A stretch of DNA of 32,000 bases from Ignicoccus islandicus DSM 13165. Its GTDB lineage: Archaea > Thermoproteota > Thermoprotei_A > Sulfolobales > Ignicoccaceae. A model generated the notes under the pieces. It saw nothing but the letters and a program-made list of their open reading frames with translations. It made no database searches and was not told the DNA's origin. The stretch lies in the NCBI RefSeq assembly GCF_001481685.1, contig NZ_CP006867.1, positions 120,001 through 152,000 of the forward strand, written 5' to 3'. Position numbers and translations under genes: made by a program. Of this stretch, positions 8,751 through 17,075 are shown piece by piece. Each line of letters begins with the position of its first letter. The stretch's first letter is position 1.

Positions 8751-11228
8751 TCACATCACCTTCTTTACTTTGACTTTAAAATCAACTAACAAATGAGTTC
8801 CCGTAATTGGATCTATATGATAGGGAGTCTGTAACTTGTTCAATGCTAGATACTTATATTTTGCAAACGGAAGGTCCACTTCGAAACCGTAGTTCGCTGG
8901 GATGAAGACAGTTGTCGGTTCTATAGCATTGGTAACCTTAGCTGGACCCCTAACGCATCCCCACTCGCTGCATACTTCGATTAAGTCACCGTTCTCTATT
9001 CCGAGTTCTTTCGCGCGAGCTTTGTTTATCCAAATTCCAGTGTCGTCGAGTAGGTAAGCCAAGACAGGGTTATCTTGAGTGGACGTATAACTCATGTTTC
9101 TTAGTTTTCCAGTAGTTGCAACGAATTCGTCCTTTCCTAAGGCCCCTCTCATCCATAATGGAGGTACCCATGTGGGAAGCGGATGCCACTCCGGCTTTAT
9201 CTCGCCCTTTCTCTTCTTTATCAAATTGAGTAACTTCAGAGGAAGTATTTCCACTTTACCGCTTGCCGTATTGAGCCAGCCGTTAGTCAATATTTTCTCG
9301 TTCATTTCTAGTCCCCACTCCTCCGAGGTTTGATATACTATTCCGTTCTTCATTATATCATTATAGTTTATTCCCATTTTCTCGCACTGCAACTTAATCA
9401 ATTCGTTCGTAAAGAAGTGTTTCTCGCCGCTATACTTCTTGGCTACTTCAACCAATTCTTCTTCGCATGCTGGACAGATGGCTTTCGCAACCCCTCTAGC
9501 ATACGCTTCAATAGCATTGGAATCGACTTCCTTCAATAGGTCTAGAACGAACTCGTGGAAAGCCTTGCAGTCGCTATCTAAGGCTTGACCACCGACCATG
9601 AATCCCTTAGCGAGACTGAAGGGTATGCCACTTACTTGGTTGGGCCTCTCTAGGTAACTACATTCCGGGATGAAGACGTCCGAGTATAGGACAGTGTCGT
9701 CCTTCAGAAGCCCGAAGTCAAATATCAAGTTTACGTTTTTACTTCTCGCTATCTTCTGGAAGGCTTCTCCCATCATCGTTCTCGCAGGGTTTCCTCCTAG
9801 CACTAATATGACCCATCCGCGCTCCTTTTCAATTAGCTTAAGCAAACCAAAGTAGTTCCTTCCCCAAGGAAGCAACGGACCCTTAGTCTTGGTTCCATCT
9901 GACAGCTCTATCTCGGTTTCGTTTTCTTGAGACCACAAGTCGGAAGGTTTATCGGAAACTGGGGGTCCGGCCACCGGCGGAGAACCTCTTTGTAGAACCG
10001 TAGTAATTCCACCCATTGATAGGACTACTCCACCTCTTCTAAGGAGGCTTCCAAGTAGTATTGATAGTACTGCAGCAGCTCTGTAGGTCTGGAAGTGATT
10101 GTAAAACTTGTTGGCGCTCCATCCAGGTTCTATTGAAACGGGCTTAACAGAACCCATTTCCTTTGCTAGATCTCTAATGACGCTTGCTGGAACTCCAGTT
10201 ACTTCCTCGGCCCACTCTGGAGTGTATTCTTCGACGTGTTTTCGTAACACGTTAAATACTGTCGTTACTTTCACACCGTTATAGTCTCCTTCGAAATATA
10301 GGGATGGAAGTTTGGCCTCGCGCGAGAACTTAAACGATTCGCTCGCTTCATCGTAAACTAGGAAGTCTATTGCGCTAAACTCTTTCATCGGATTCTTTAG
10401 CTTTACTTCCTTTGTTTCTATTGGCTCTAAGGTGGTAGGGTTCACTAGCATGGGTGCATTGGTGTACTTGATCAGATACTCTTCATCGTAAAGTTTCTCA
10501 TTTAATATAACGTTTATTAAGGCTAGCAAGAGCGCTAAGTCAGTGCCCGGCCTTATAGGTATCCACTTATCAGCAACTATGGCCCACTCGCTTAGTCTGG
10601 GATCTACCACTACTAGCTCATACTTTCTCTTGCCTATTCCTGCCTTCCGGGTTTGGCCTACGGCAACGCTTCCTCCCAGATTTCTGCCGAAGGACAAGTA
10701 GAACCTAGTTCTCTTGTAATCTGGTACTAAGTACGCGTGATGACCTGGGACTCCTGAGAATCCCCAAGCGACTAGTTTCGAACCAATACACGTACTTAAT
10801 GGCATTACTATTACGTTAGGCGTGCCTAGGGCCTTTGACAAAGCACCGACTACTTCCGGATTATGTCTCGCTGCGATAGCTTGACCTAAAATTACGACTA
10901 CTTTGTTGCTTTCCCCTTTCTCTTTTAGCATTCTTATCTCGTTCGCTACTATGCTTAAAGCTTCCTGATAGCTCGATTCCCTAAAGTTCCATTCCCCTCT
11001 TCTTCCACCGTTCCTTATGAGCGGTTTCGTGAGACGACTAGGCATGTCTTGCAAATATATACCGCTGTTACCTCTAGGGCATATCCTCCCATCGTTGTGA
11101 TAAATTGCATTAGGATTGCCCCTTATCCTTACTACTTCGCCATCCATCACTTCCATTATTACGCTACAACTGGCCGTACACATCCTACATATATGAGGAA
11201 CTTCCCTTATCTCCTTCATTTCGTTCAC
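8751..11228 (-). CDS. Molybdopterin (Mo/W) oxidoreductase catalytic subunit, polysulfide/thiosulfate/tetrathionate reductase-like
   Basis: N-terminal 4Fe-4S ligand block ICRMCTASC...RICPRGNSG; MGD-binding blocks (VVVDPRLSEWAIVADKWIPIRPGTDLALLLA, NPARTMMGEAFQKIA). Substrate cannot be assigned. GTG start; no Tat signal visible. Confidence 0.85.
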   Translation of the reverse strand: MNEMKEIREVPHICRMCTASCSVIMEVMDGEVVRIRGNPNAIYHNDGRICPRGNSGIYLQDMPSRLTKPLIRNGGRRGEWNFRESSYQEALSIVANEIRMLKEKGESNKVVVILGQAIAARHNPEVVGALSKALGTPNVIVMPLSTCIGSKLVAWGFSGVPGHHAYLVPDYKRTRFYLSFGRNLGGSVAVGQTRKAGIGKRKYELVVVDPRLSEWAIVADKWIPIRPGTDLALLLALINVILNEKLYDEEYLIKYTNAPMLVNPTTLEPIETKEVKLKNPMKEFSAIDFLVYDEASESFKFSREAKLPSLYFEGDYNGVKVTTVFNVLRKHVEEYTPEWAEEVTGVPASVIRDLAKEMGSVKPVSIEPGWSANKFYNHFQTYRAAAVLSILLGSLLRRGGVVLSMGGITTVLQRGSPPVAGPPVSDKPSDLWSQENETEIELSDGTKTKGPLLPWGRNYFGLLKLIEKERGWVILVLGGNPARTMMGEAFQKIARSKNVNLIFDFGLLKDDTVLYSDVFIPECSYLERPNQVSGIPFSLAKGFMVGGQALDSDCKAFHEFVLDLLKEVDSNAIEAYARGVAKAICPACEEELVEVAKKYSGEKHFFTNELIKLQCEKMGINYNDIMKNGIVYQTSEEWGLEMNEKILTNGWLNTASGKVEILPLKLLNLIKKRKGEIKPEWHPLPTWVPPLWMRGALGKDEFVATTGKLRNMSYTSTQDNPVLAYLLDDTGIWINKARAKELGIENGDLIEVCSEWGCVRGPAKVTNAIEPTTVFIPANYGFEVDLPFAKYKYLALNKLQTPYHIDPITGTHLLVDFKVKVKKVM

Positions 11229-11234
11229 CTTACA

Positions 11235-12140
11235 TTATATTAAAATAGAAGTAACCAAGAAGAAAATCCAACCTAAAGCGTTCAAACCTATTATCAAGCT
11301 CTCCTTCGAATCAGCAAATTCGCTGCCGTATTTCCAATAGTACAGTTTGTACGGTTCCCTCTGTAGTCTCTGAAGTTGGGGGTAGTACGCACCCAGCATT
11401 TTCTCTATGAACACTCCAACTACCGCTAGTGGTGCCAGTAATGGATGTATTAGAGAAAGTACAAGCGGTACAGCGAAGTACAAGTACAACTTGAGCGGAT
11501 ACCTCTCAAGCCAGTATTCCCAGAAATTGATCAGTAGGTACGCGAATACAGCAAAGCCTAATGCGATCGGCTCATATACACCGAATGCTGTTGCGACGCT
11601 TAGGCCTAGCACGGCGGCGGAGAGCCAGAATATGCCTATTTTCCCTATACCTCTCCATCCTTCTATAGTACTCGTACCCATGGTCATTGCTAAATTGCTC
11701 TCTAGTAGTATGCCTAAGGCCATTGAAGCAATAGCTGAAATTGAAGATGGGAGTAAGAGGAACCATAATAGCGAGAGGAAGTAGAGACTGTAGAAAACGA
11801 GGTTCCATGCTATCCTCGAGCGAGGTTGAAAAGACGTTATCATGTGAAGTATGTGATCGGGTCTACCTAGATCTAATATAACTAACACCCAAGCTGGTAT
11901 TAAGCTCAATATAGCTGCAACGACCATTCGCGGTTCTTGTATTCCTAGGAGATATAGCGAACCTGCTACCAGAGCCAGTCCTATTGATACGGAAGCGAAG
12001 AACATGTATGCAGGGACCATTGCTTTCCACGTTATTGAATTTCTCTTTACTAAATCAATCCCTATTAGCTCCCTCCATTTGAGGAGGGCTACCGCTATGG
12101 CGGCAACACCTATAATGAAGAAAAGTATCGCCGGAAGCAT
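11235..12140 (-). CDS. NrfD/PsrC-like membrane subunit of the molybdoenzyme complex
   Basis: Eight or nine predicted TM segments, DLGRPDHILHMITSFQPRSRIAWNLVFYSLYFL typical of NrfD; first gene of the operon. Confidence 0.85.
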   Translation of the reverse strand: MLPAILFFIIGVAAIAVALLKWRELIGIDLVKRNSITWKAMVPAYMFFASVSIGLALVAGSLYLLGIQEPRMVVAAILSLIPAWVLVILDLGRPDHILHMITSFQPRSRIAWNLVFYSLYFLSLLWFLLLPSSISAIASMALGILLESNLAMTMGTSTIEGWRGIGKIGIFWLSAAVLGLSVATAFGVYEPIALGFAVFAYLLINFWEYWLERYPLKLYLYFAVPLVLSLIHPLLAPLAVVGVFIEKMLGAYYPQLQRLQREPYKLYYWKYGSEFADSKESLIIGLNALGWIFFLVTSILI

Positions 12141-12174
12141 CAGTTATTGACCCAATAGTTTGACTGACTAGACA

Positions 12175-12182
12175 GTAAAAAG
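12175..12182 (-). promoter_or_regulatory. Candidate TATA-like box (CTTTTTAC) for the nrfD-mopB-FeS operon
   Basis: AT-rich box about 35 nt upstream of the nrfD-like ATG, next to the motif at 12193-12212. Confidence 0.4.
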
Positions 12183-12270
12183 CATTCTCTTAACCAATTG
12201 GTCAACTTGGTGTCATTTCCATCACTAATCGCTTAATTACGCTATTGCGTGACTACTATTCAGATAGGGT

Positions 12271-13023
12271 GTGCTAGAGTTGATCTGTAGAGTATCACCC
12301 TTCGAGAAAAGAACTTCAGTGTGTTTGATAGCCTATAATATGCCTCTAATAGGAGATAGGGATCCGAGGCGATTGCCCCTGCTAGCAGTGAAAGTCAGTG
12401 TTGGTAAGGCCGTGGAGAAGGGGGCTCTCCATTACCTCACTTACGAATGGAAGAAAGGTTGGAGCGAGTGGCTTAGGGAATCGATTGAGTCGTTCCCTTC
12501 GGTTCTCGAGCATATCACCATGACGTTTCTAATAGAAGGTATATCGAGGGTAACCTCTCACCAGCTGGTTAGACATAGGCTGGCCTCCTACACTCAAGAA
12601 AGCCAGAGGTATTCTGAAGCTAGAATTCTGAGAAGCGTTGGTGCGGAAAACTTAGAGGAAGCTTTCGAGAAATGGAGCAGGGTATTGGGCGAAGCCAACC
12701 TTAAGGTTGTGGAGAGAACGTGCGTTTTGCCCTTTGAGGACTCGTGGAGAACGTGTGCTTCTTCGATTTTAGAATATATTACGTGTCGATTAAACGGATA
12801 TAAGATGGAAGATTGTAGGTACGTCTTACCTCAAGCTATGAGGACTTCCCTTCTAATGACTACGAACCTCAGGGAATACTTACACGTAATTAAGTTGCGT
12901 TCGGATAAAAGGGCTCAATGGGAAATTAGGGGCATAGCAATTGCTATGAAGGAATTAATAGAGACAGTCGTACCGGATCTTAACTTAGAAGGGAATATAT
13001 CGAAAGAAGCAGAGATAGAGTAG
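12271..13023 (+). CDS. thyX: FAD-dependent thymidylate synthase ThyX
   Basis: ThyX motif RHRLASYTQESQRYSE (RHRxxSxxxxSxR) and LPQAMRTSLLMTTNLREYLHVIKLRSDKRAQWEIR. GTG start. Confidence 0.93.
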   Translation: MLELICRVSPFEKRTSVCLIAYNMPLIGDRDPRRLPLLAVKVSVGKAVEKGALHYLTYEWKKGWSEWLRESIESFPSVLEHITMTFLIEGISRVTSHQLVRHRLASYTQESQRYSEARILRSVGAENLEEAFEKWSRVLGEANLKVVERTCVLPFEDSWRTCASSILEYITCRLNGYKMEDCRYVLPQAMRTSLLMTTNLREYLHVIKLRSDKRAQWEIRGIAIAMKELIETVVPDLNLEGNISKEAEIE

Positions 13024-14011
13024 CTAATACTAAGATTACGTACCTGGTATTGAGTTTCATCGCGAGTCTGTTTGAAACGAACGCAACGAGTAGAGGAGGT
13101 ATTGAATACACTATTGCGTAGAGCGTAAACAGTGGAATCCTCAAGGTTGGAGGTAGCGAGGACACGAAGGATATTGCACTTAAGTAAGCTCCTATTACGC
13201 ATGGAGACATAGCTATAGTAGACGCAAAGATTCCTATTAGAACCGGTGACGCGCGCGACAAGGCCATTCTAGAAAGTTTGGACGAAAGCGTCCCAAAGAA
13301 CTTCGATAGCCTCCTCCAAGGCTTTGCACTTAAGACAATCATGATTGAAGCAGCTATGATGCCTATAATAGAGTAGATCTTGTTTGCGCTTACTTGGGCT
13401 AACATCGTCCCTAATGCAATGTGAGCAGTAGAGTAGGCAATCACGAACTTTAATACGGCCTTCCAATACTCTTTGCGATCAGACTTCAAGTATACTGCAT
13501 TGAGTAACGAGAAGACGGCTAGACCTACTGGGTTAAGCGAGTCAATTGTCATTGAAACGAGAAGGGGCACTAAATTAATAGTAGTTTCGTTTAAGCCGTT
13601 TCTAGCAACTACGCTCCAAAGCTTTTCTCCATAAAATACCTTTATTTCACTTGTTCCCGAACAATTCATTAAAGAGTACCAGAAGGCGTCGTCCTTAACT
13701 AGACCAATAACTAAGTACCTCAATGTGTCGTTACAGTACACTGCAGAAACAGGTACTTGAAACGGGAGACCGCTCCTCTCTATTAGTTCGGAAACTTTAG
13801 GCACTGGTTCAACGTTTCCTACCTTATCAATTGGTAACCAGACTAACTTGAATCCGTACCTATTGGATAATAGTTCCAAGTAATTTTTCATCTCAATACA
13901 TGGCGGTCCATTCGAAACTCCTATTAAGTAAACGGTAACGTTGTTTGCTAGTAAGGTTACGTTGATCAAAGTAACTAGGGCCTTTACGCTTACGTTTGAG
14001 CAAACCACCAT
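12980..14011 (-). CDS. Membrane protein with N-terminal thioredoxin-like region and CcdA-like TM domain
   Basis: GVSNGPPCIEMKNYLELL segment plus hydrophobic repeats containing SLNPVGLAVFSLL and SPCVIGAYLSAI, arranged as in CcdA-type 3+3 TM proteins. The 3' end overlaps thyX by 44 nt (convergent). Confidence 0.55.
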   Translation of the reverse strand: MVVCSNVSVKALVTLINVTLLANNVTVYLIGVSNGPPCIEMKNYLELLSNRYGFKLVWLPIDKVGNVEPVPKVSELIERSGLPFQVPVSAVYCNDTLRYLVIGLVKDDAFWYSLMNCSGTSEIKVFYGEKLWSVVARNGLNETTINLVPLLVSMTIDSLNPVGLAVFSLLNAVYLKSDRKEYWKAVLKFVIAYSTAHIALGTMLAQVSANKIYSIIGIIAASIMIVLSAKPWRRLSKFFGTLSSKLSRMALSRASPVLIGIFASTIAMSPCVIGAYLSAISFVSSLPPTLRIPLFTLYAIVYSIPPLLVAFVSNRLAMKLNTRYVILVLATLSLLLSIYSLLS

Positions 14012-14013
14012 GA

Positions 14014-14538
14014 TTACACCACCTTGTTAACCACTCGGTAAAGCTTCAGAAGGTAGTTTAATGGAAATAGCAACACGTGAAGGTCGTTACTAAATAAGGA
14101 TATCAACAAAGCTACGACGCACGAGTAGTGTAACCAAAGAGTAAGGAAGGAGAAGTGAAATGCAAGTAACGTACCCGTTACTATACAGCAGAACATGGAT
14201 ATAGAGGTTGGGTTCCTCTTTATAATCAAGTTAACTAAAGAGATCGCGAGGAGCGCGAGATCTAAGACGGTCGTTGCTTCTAATTCGTATTCGTATTTAA
14301 CTATTCCCCAGATGAACGTCAAGTAATATAAGGGGAGGGTTAAGTAAGCGTAACCTAGTATGAGAGCGTAAGCCCTCTTGATTTCGCCCTTAAGGAAGCT
14401 GAGTGGTATTAACGGTGCCAAGAACAACGCTGCCTTCCAGCCAACTAAGGGCCATATTATTTTAGATGCTATATGGAACAACATGAAAGGTATTATCGTG
14501 AGGTGAACAATTAGTGAGATAATCGCCCTAAGCTTCAT
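14014..14538 (-). CDS. Hypothetical polytopic membrane protein
   Basis: Five or more hydrophobic segments; 2 nt upstream of the Trx/CcdA-like gene on the same strand, so probably co-transcribed. Confidence 0.6.
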   Translation of the reverse strand: MKLRAIISLIVHLTIIPFMLFHIASKIIWPLVGWKAALFLAPLIPLSFLKGEIKRAYALILGYAYLTLPLYYLTFIWGIVKYEYELEATTVLDLALLAISLVNLIIKRNPTSISMFCCIVTGTLLAFHFSFLTLWLHYSCVVALLISLFSNDLHVLLFPLNYLLKLYRVVNKVV

Positions 14539-14649
14539 TTCCTAACCGGCTAGTTAGGCATCATAGGCCAATATATAAGTTGTAATTCAATAACGCTCTT
14601 CAATGAATATATATAACTTAAAGGAGAACTCTAATCGGGTAATTGAAGA

Positions 14650-15318
14650 TTGGATGAACACATATTTACGCTGAAGATAGGCTTTCTGAGAGTAGTAAAC
14701 GGCATGGGATGTGGTGAAGAGATACAAGAGATATGGCCTAACATAAGGAACATCGGAATGTCACCCAGCGGATTTATTCACGTAAGGAATAACAAGAAGT
14801 TCATTGCCAGTCTCCTAATTGACATTGGTTCAGATCAGTACTATGGGGCTGTGATAGTTGAAACGGAACTACCAGATCCTAAGCCCCTCAGGGGTCCTTC
14901 TTATATATCTGCAATTGGTGCTGAGGCAGCCCGACTCTTAATAGATATGTATAAGAACGTAACGATCGAAGGTGAAAGGGAGGAAACCATACTAAAGTAC
15001 AAGGATAAGAGCGTCGGTCTTAAGGAACTGTGTAAAATATGGGACGAGAGGGTGGTTCCGAGCGCAATAAGGTTGAAGGACATTAGAAGCGGTACAGAGG
15101 TGGTGTGCTCAACACCTATCTACGTCAACATGGAAGACGTAATAGATGATTTACCTAAGGTAGGAGCCGGTAGCGTTAGGGGAACTTCTAACGTCCTTAA
15201 ACCTCTCTGCTACTCGGATCCATTTACTGTAGTAATAGCCGAAAGCAGTCTCGGGACAACCCTAATAGCCATAGGCGGAGAGGAAGGGATGGGAATAGGC
15301 GAGGAAATTTTCCTATAA
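14650..15318 (+). CDS. Conserved-looking hypothetical soluble protein
   Basis: Long ORF with good coding character, TTG start, TATA-like AATATATATAAC about 30-40 nt upstream; 11 nt before the next gene. Confidence 0.6.
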   Translation: MDEHIFTLKIGFLRVVNGMGCGEEIQEIWPNIRNIGMSPSGFIHVRNNKKFIASLLIDIGSDQYYGAVIVETELPDPKPLRGPSYISAIGAEAARLLIDMYKNVTIEGEREETILKYKDKSVGLKELCKIWDERVVPSAIRLKDIRSGTEVVCSTPIYVNMEDVIDDLPKVGAGSVRGTSNVLKPLCYSDPFTVVIAESSLGTTLIAIGGEEGMGIGEEIFL

Positions 15319-15329
15319 GGTGATCGACA

Positions 15330-16936
15330 TGGCAACGGAAGACTTAGTCTTGAAGGTAATTATGGAGGACGCTGGTTGCACAACGTTAACTAAGGATTGC
15401 ATTGAGAACATCATCGAACTCGTAAAGGAAGGTAAGTATCCTAAACTAGACGAGGACGAGCTCAAGGCACTTGATGAGAGCCTGTCTAGGCTCATATTAA
15501 GGGGTGCTATAAGAGATCCCAAGCTCTCCGAAGAAGCTAGCGCCCTCGGACTTCAGAAGACGGCTGAGGCGTTAGCGGGCGAGTATACAGAGAAAGAAGA
15601 AGCACCTAAGGCCCAACCCCCTATGCCTTCGGTAAACAAGCAACCTACTAGACCGGTTCAGCAACCTATGCGAGTTCAAGAAGCGCCTCCTCAACCACCC
15701 GCTCCCCAAACTATAATTAGGGTCAAGACCAGTAAAGTTCCAGCGCTCTTGTCCTTAATTTCTCTAATAGTAAGTTTGGGACTGGCCTCACTTATCTTGG
15801 GCCTAATCACCTTACCCGAATTGCAGATACCGTCCACCTACACTATGCAACAATACGAACTCCAACTAAAGCAACTCGAGTCTAAATTAATGGAATTCCA
15901 AAAGAGTGTTGATTCAAAACTATCGAGCTTAGAGAATAAATTATCGAAACTGGAAGAGAAATCTAATATAATATCTTCTAAACTTTACAATTCTACCACT
16001 ACGTTAACCAGAGAAATATCCAAGTTAAAGAACGATGTGAAAGACTTGGAGAAGAGAACTGACGTAATTGAAACAGCTATAGAGAACATACAGTTCCGAG
16101 TGAAGTATCTGAACGAAAGCTTCTCCTCTGAGTTAAACGCTATTAATGAGAAGATAATCCAGCTGAATTCAAGTTACACTGCCCTTAAGGGTATGGTATT
16201 AAATATTAAGAAGCACGTGGAAGAAATGAGGACGCAATTAAACGTTCTTAACGAGAAGATAGTTGAATTAAAGGCGAACTTAACCAACTACGCCAGCAAG
16301 AGCGACCTCGTTATCCTATTCAATAAGTTGAACAATACTGAAGAAGAAATCACTGAATTGAGGAACACTCTCAAGTACCTTTCAACCAACCTCGCTCGCA
16401 ATTCAACGAGAATAGAATTAATAGAAAAGGAAGTAAACAGACTTTCTAAGAATGTAGATACATTAGAGAGAACGCTAGAGACCCTAAGCAACGTAACCTC
16501 GAAGATAACTGCAATTGAAAGCAAGTTACGGAACCTCAGGATGGAGATTCAAAGCCTTAATAGTAGTTTAGTTACCATAGAGAAAGATCTAGTTGAAAAG
16601 TTTAATGCAGTGAACGTAACCTACTCGAAGTACGTGAAGAAACTAGAAAACGAGATAACTGAATTACAGCGCGAGCTAGAGGCAGTGAAGAACGATTTGA
16701 AGGAAACTAAGGAAAGCATTAAGGAAATGTTATTAAAAGCATTGAATGATAAAGAAGTTATGGATAGGCTCGCTAAGAACTTGATAGATAAATCTCATCT
16801 AGATAAAAGGATAGCAGAAATCTTGTTACAACAAGGAAGCGCGTTCTATACGATGGTCCAGAGAATAGCCCTAGAGGTATACTATCAGATCTATCAAAAC
16901 GCGAGCTTTCCCCAAACGCTAGTACCTGTAGGGTGA
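15330..16936 (+). CDS. Single-pass membrane-anchored protein with a long coiled-coil domain
   Basis: Acidic helical N-terminal domain, Pro/Gln-rich linker, one TM (VPALLSLISLIVSLGLASLILGLITL), then about 320 aa of heptad-rich sequence. Track start 15320; ATG at 15330 preferred. Confidence 0.75.
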
Positions 16937-16939
16937 GAG

Positions 16940-16994
16940 GCTCAGCGACCGTGGGAGAGCTCATCGCATCGCTGCCCTATCGGGTCATCATTGC
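16940..16994 (-). ncRNA. Candidate C/D box sRNA (2'-O-methylation guide)
   Basis: Minus-strand sequence GGCAATGATGACCCGATAGGGCAGCGATGCGATGAGCTCTCCCACGGTCGCTGAGCC: box C ATGATGA, C'-like CGATGA, box D CTGA, short terminal stem GGC/GCC. TATA-like TTTATAAT at 17016-17023 about 26 nt upstream. Box D' is degenerate. Confidence 0.6.
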
Positions 16995-17015
16995 CATGAG
17001 AATCCTCACGCTTTC

Positions 17016-17023
17016 ATTATAAA
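17016..17023 (-). promoter_or_regulatory. TATA-like box (TTTATAAT) for the candidate C/D sRNA
   Basis: Centre is about 26 nt upstream of the inferred sRNA 5' end. Confidence 0.5.
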
Positions 17024-17075
17024 CCTCACGTAACACTGAACCCTTTTTAGGCTCGCTCAATGAGGGTTATCTGGA

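Noticed and set aside
9094-9333. Plus-strand short ORFs inside the MopB gene (9094..9333, 9670..9855, 11049..11243)
   Set aside because: Entirely antisense to a strongly supported coding gene, with no recognisable domain.
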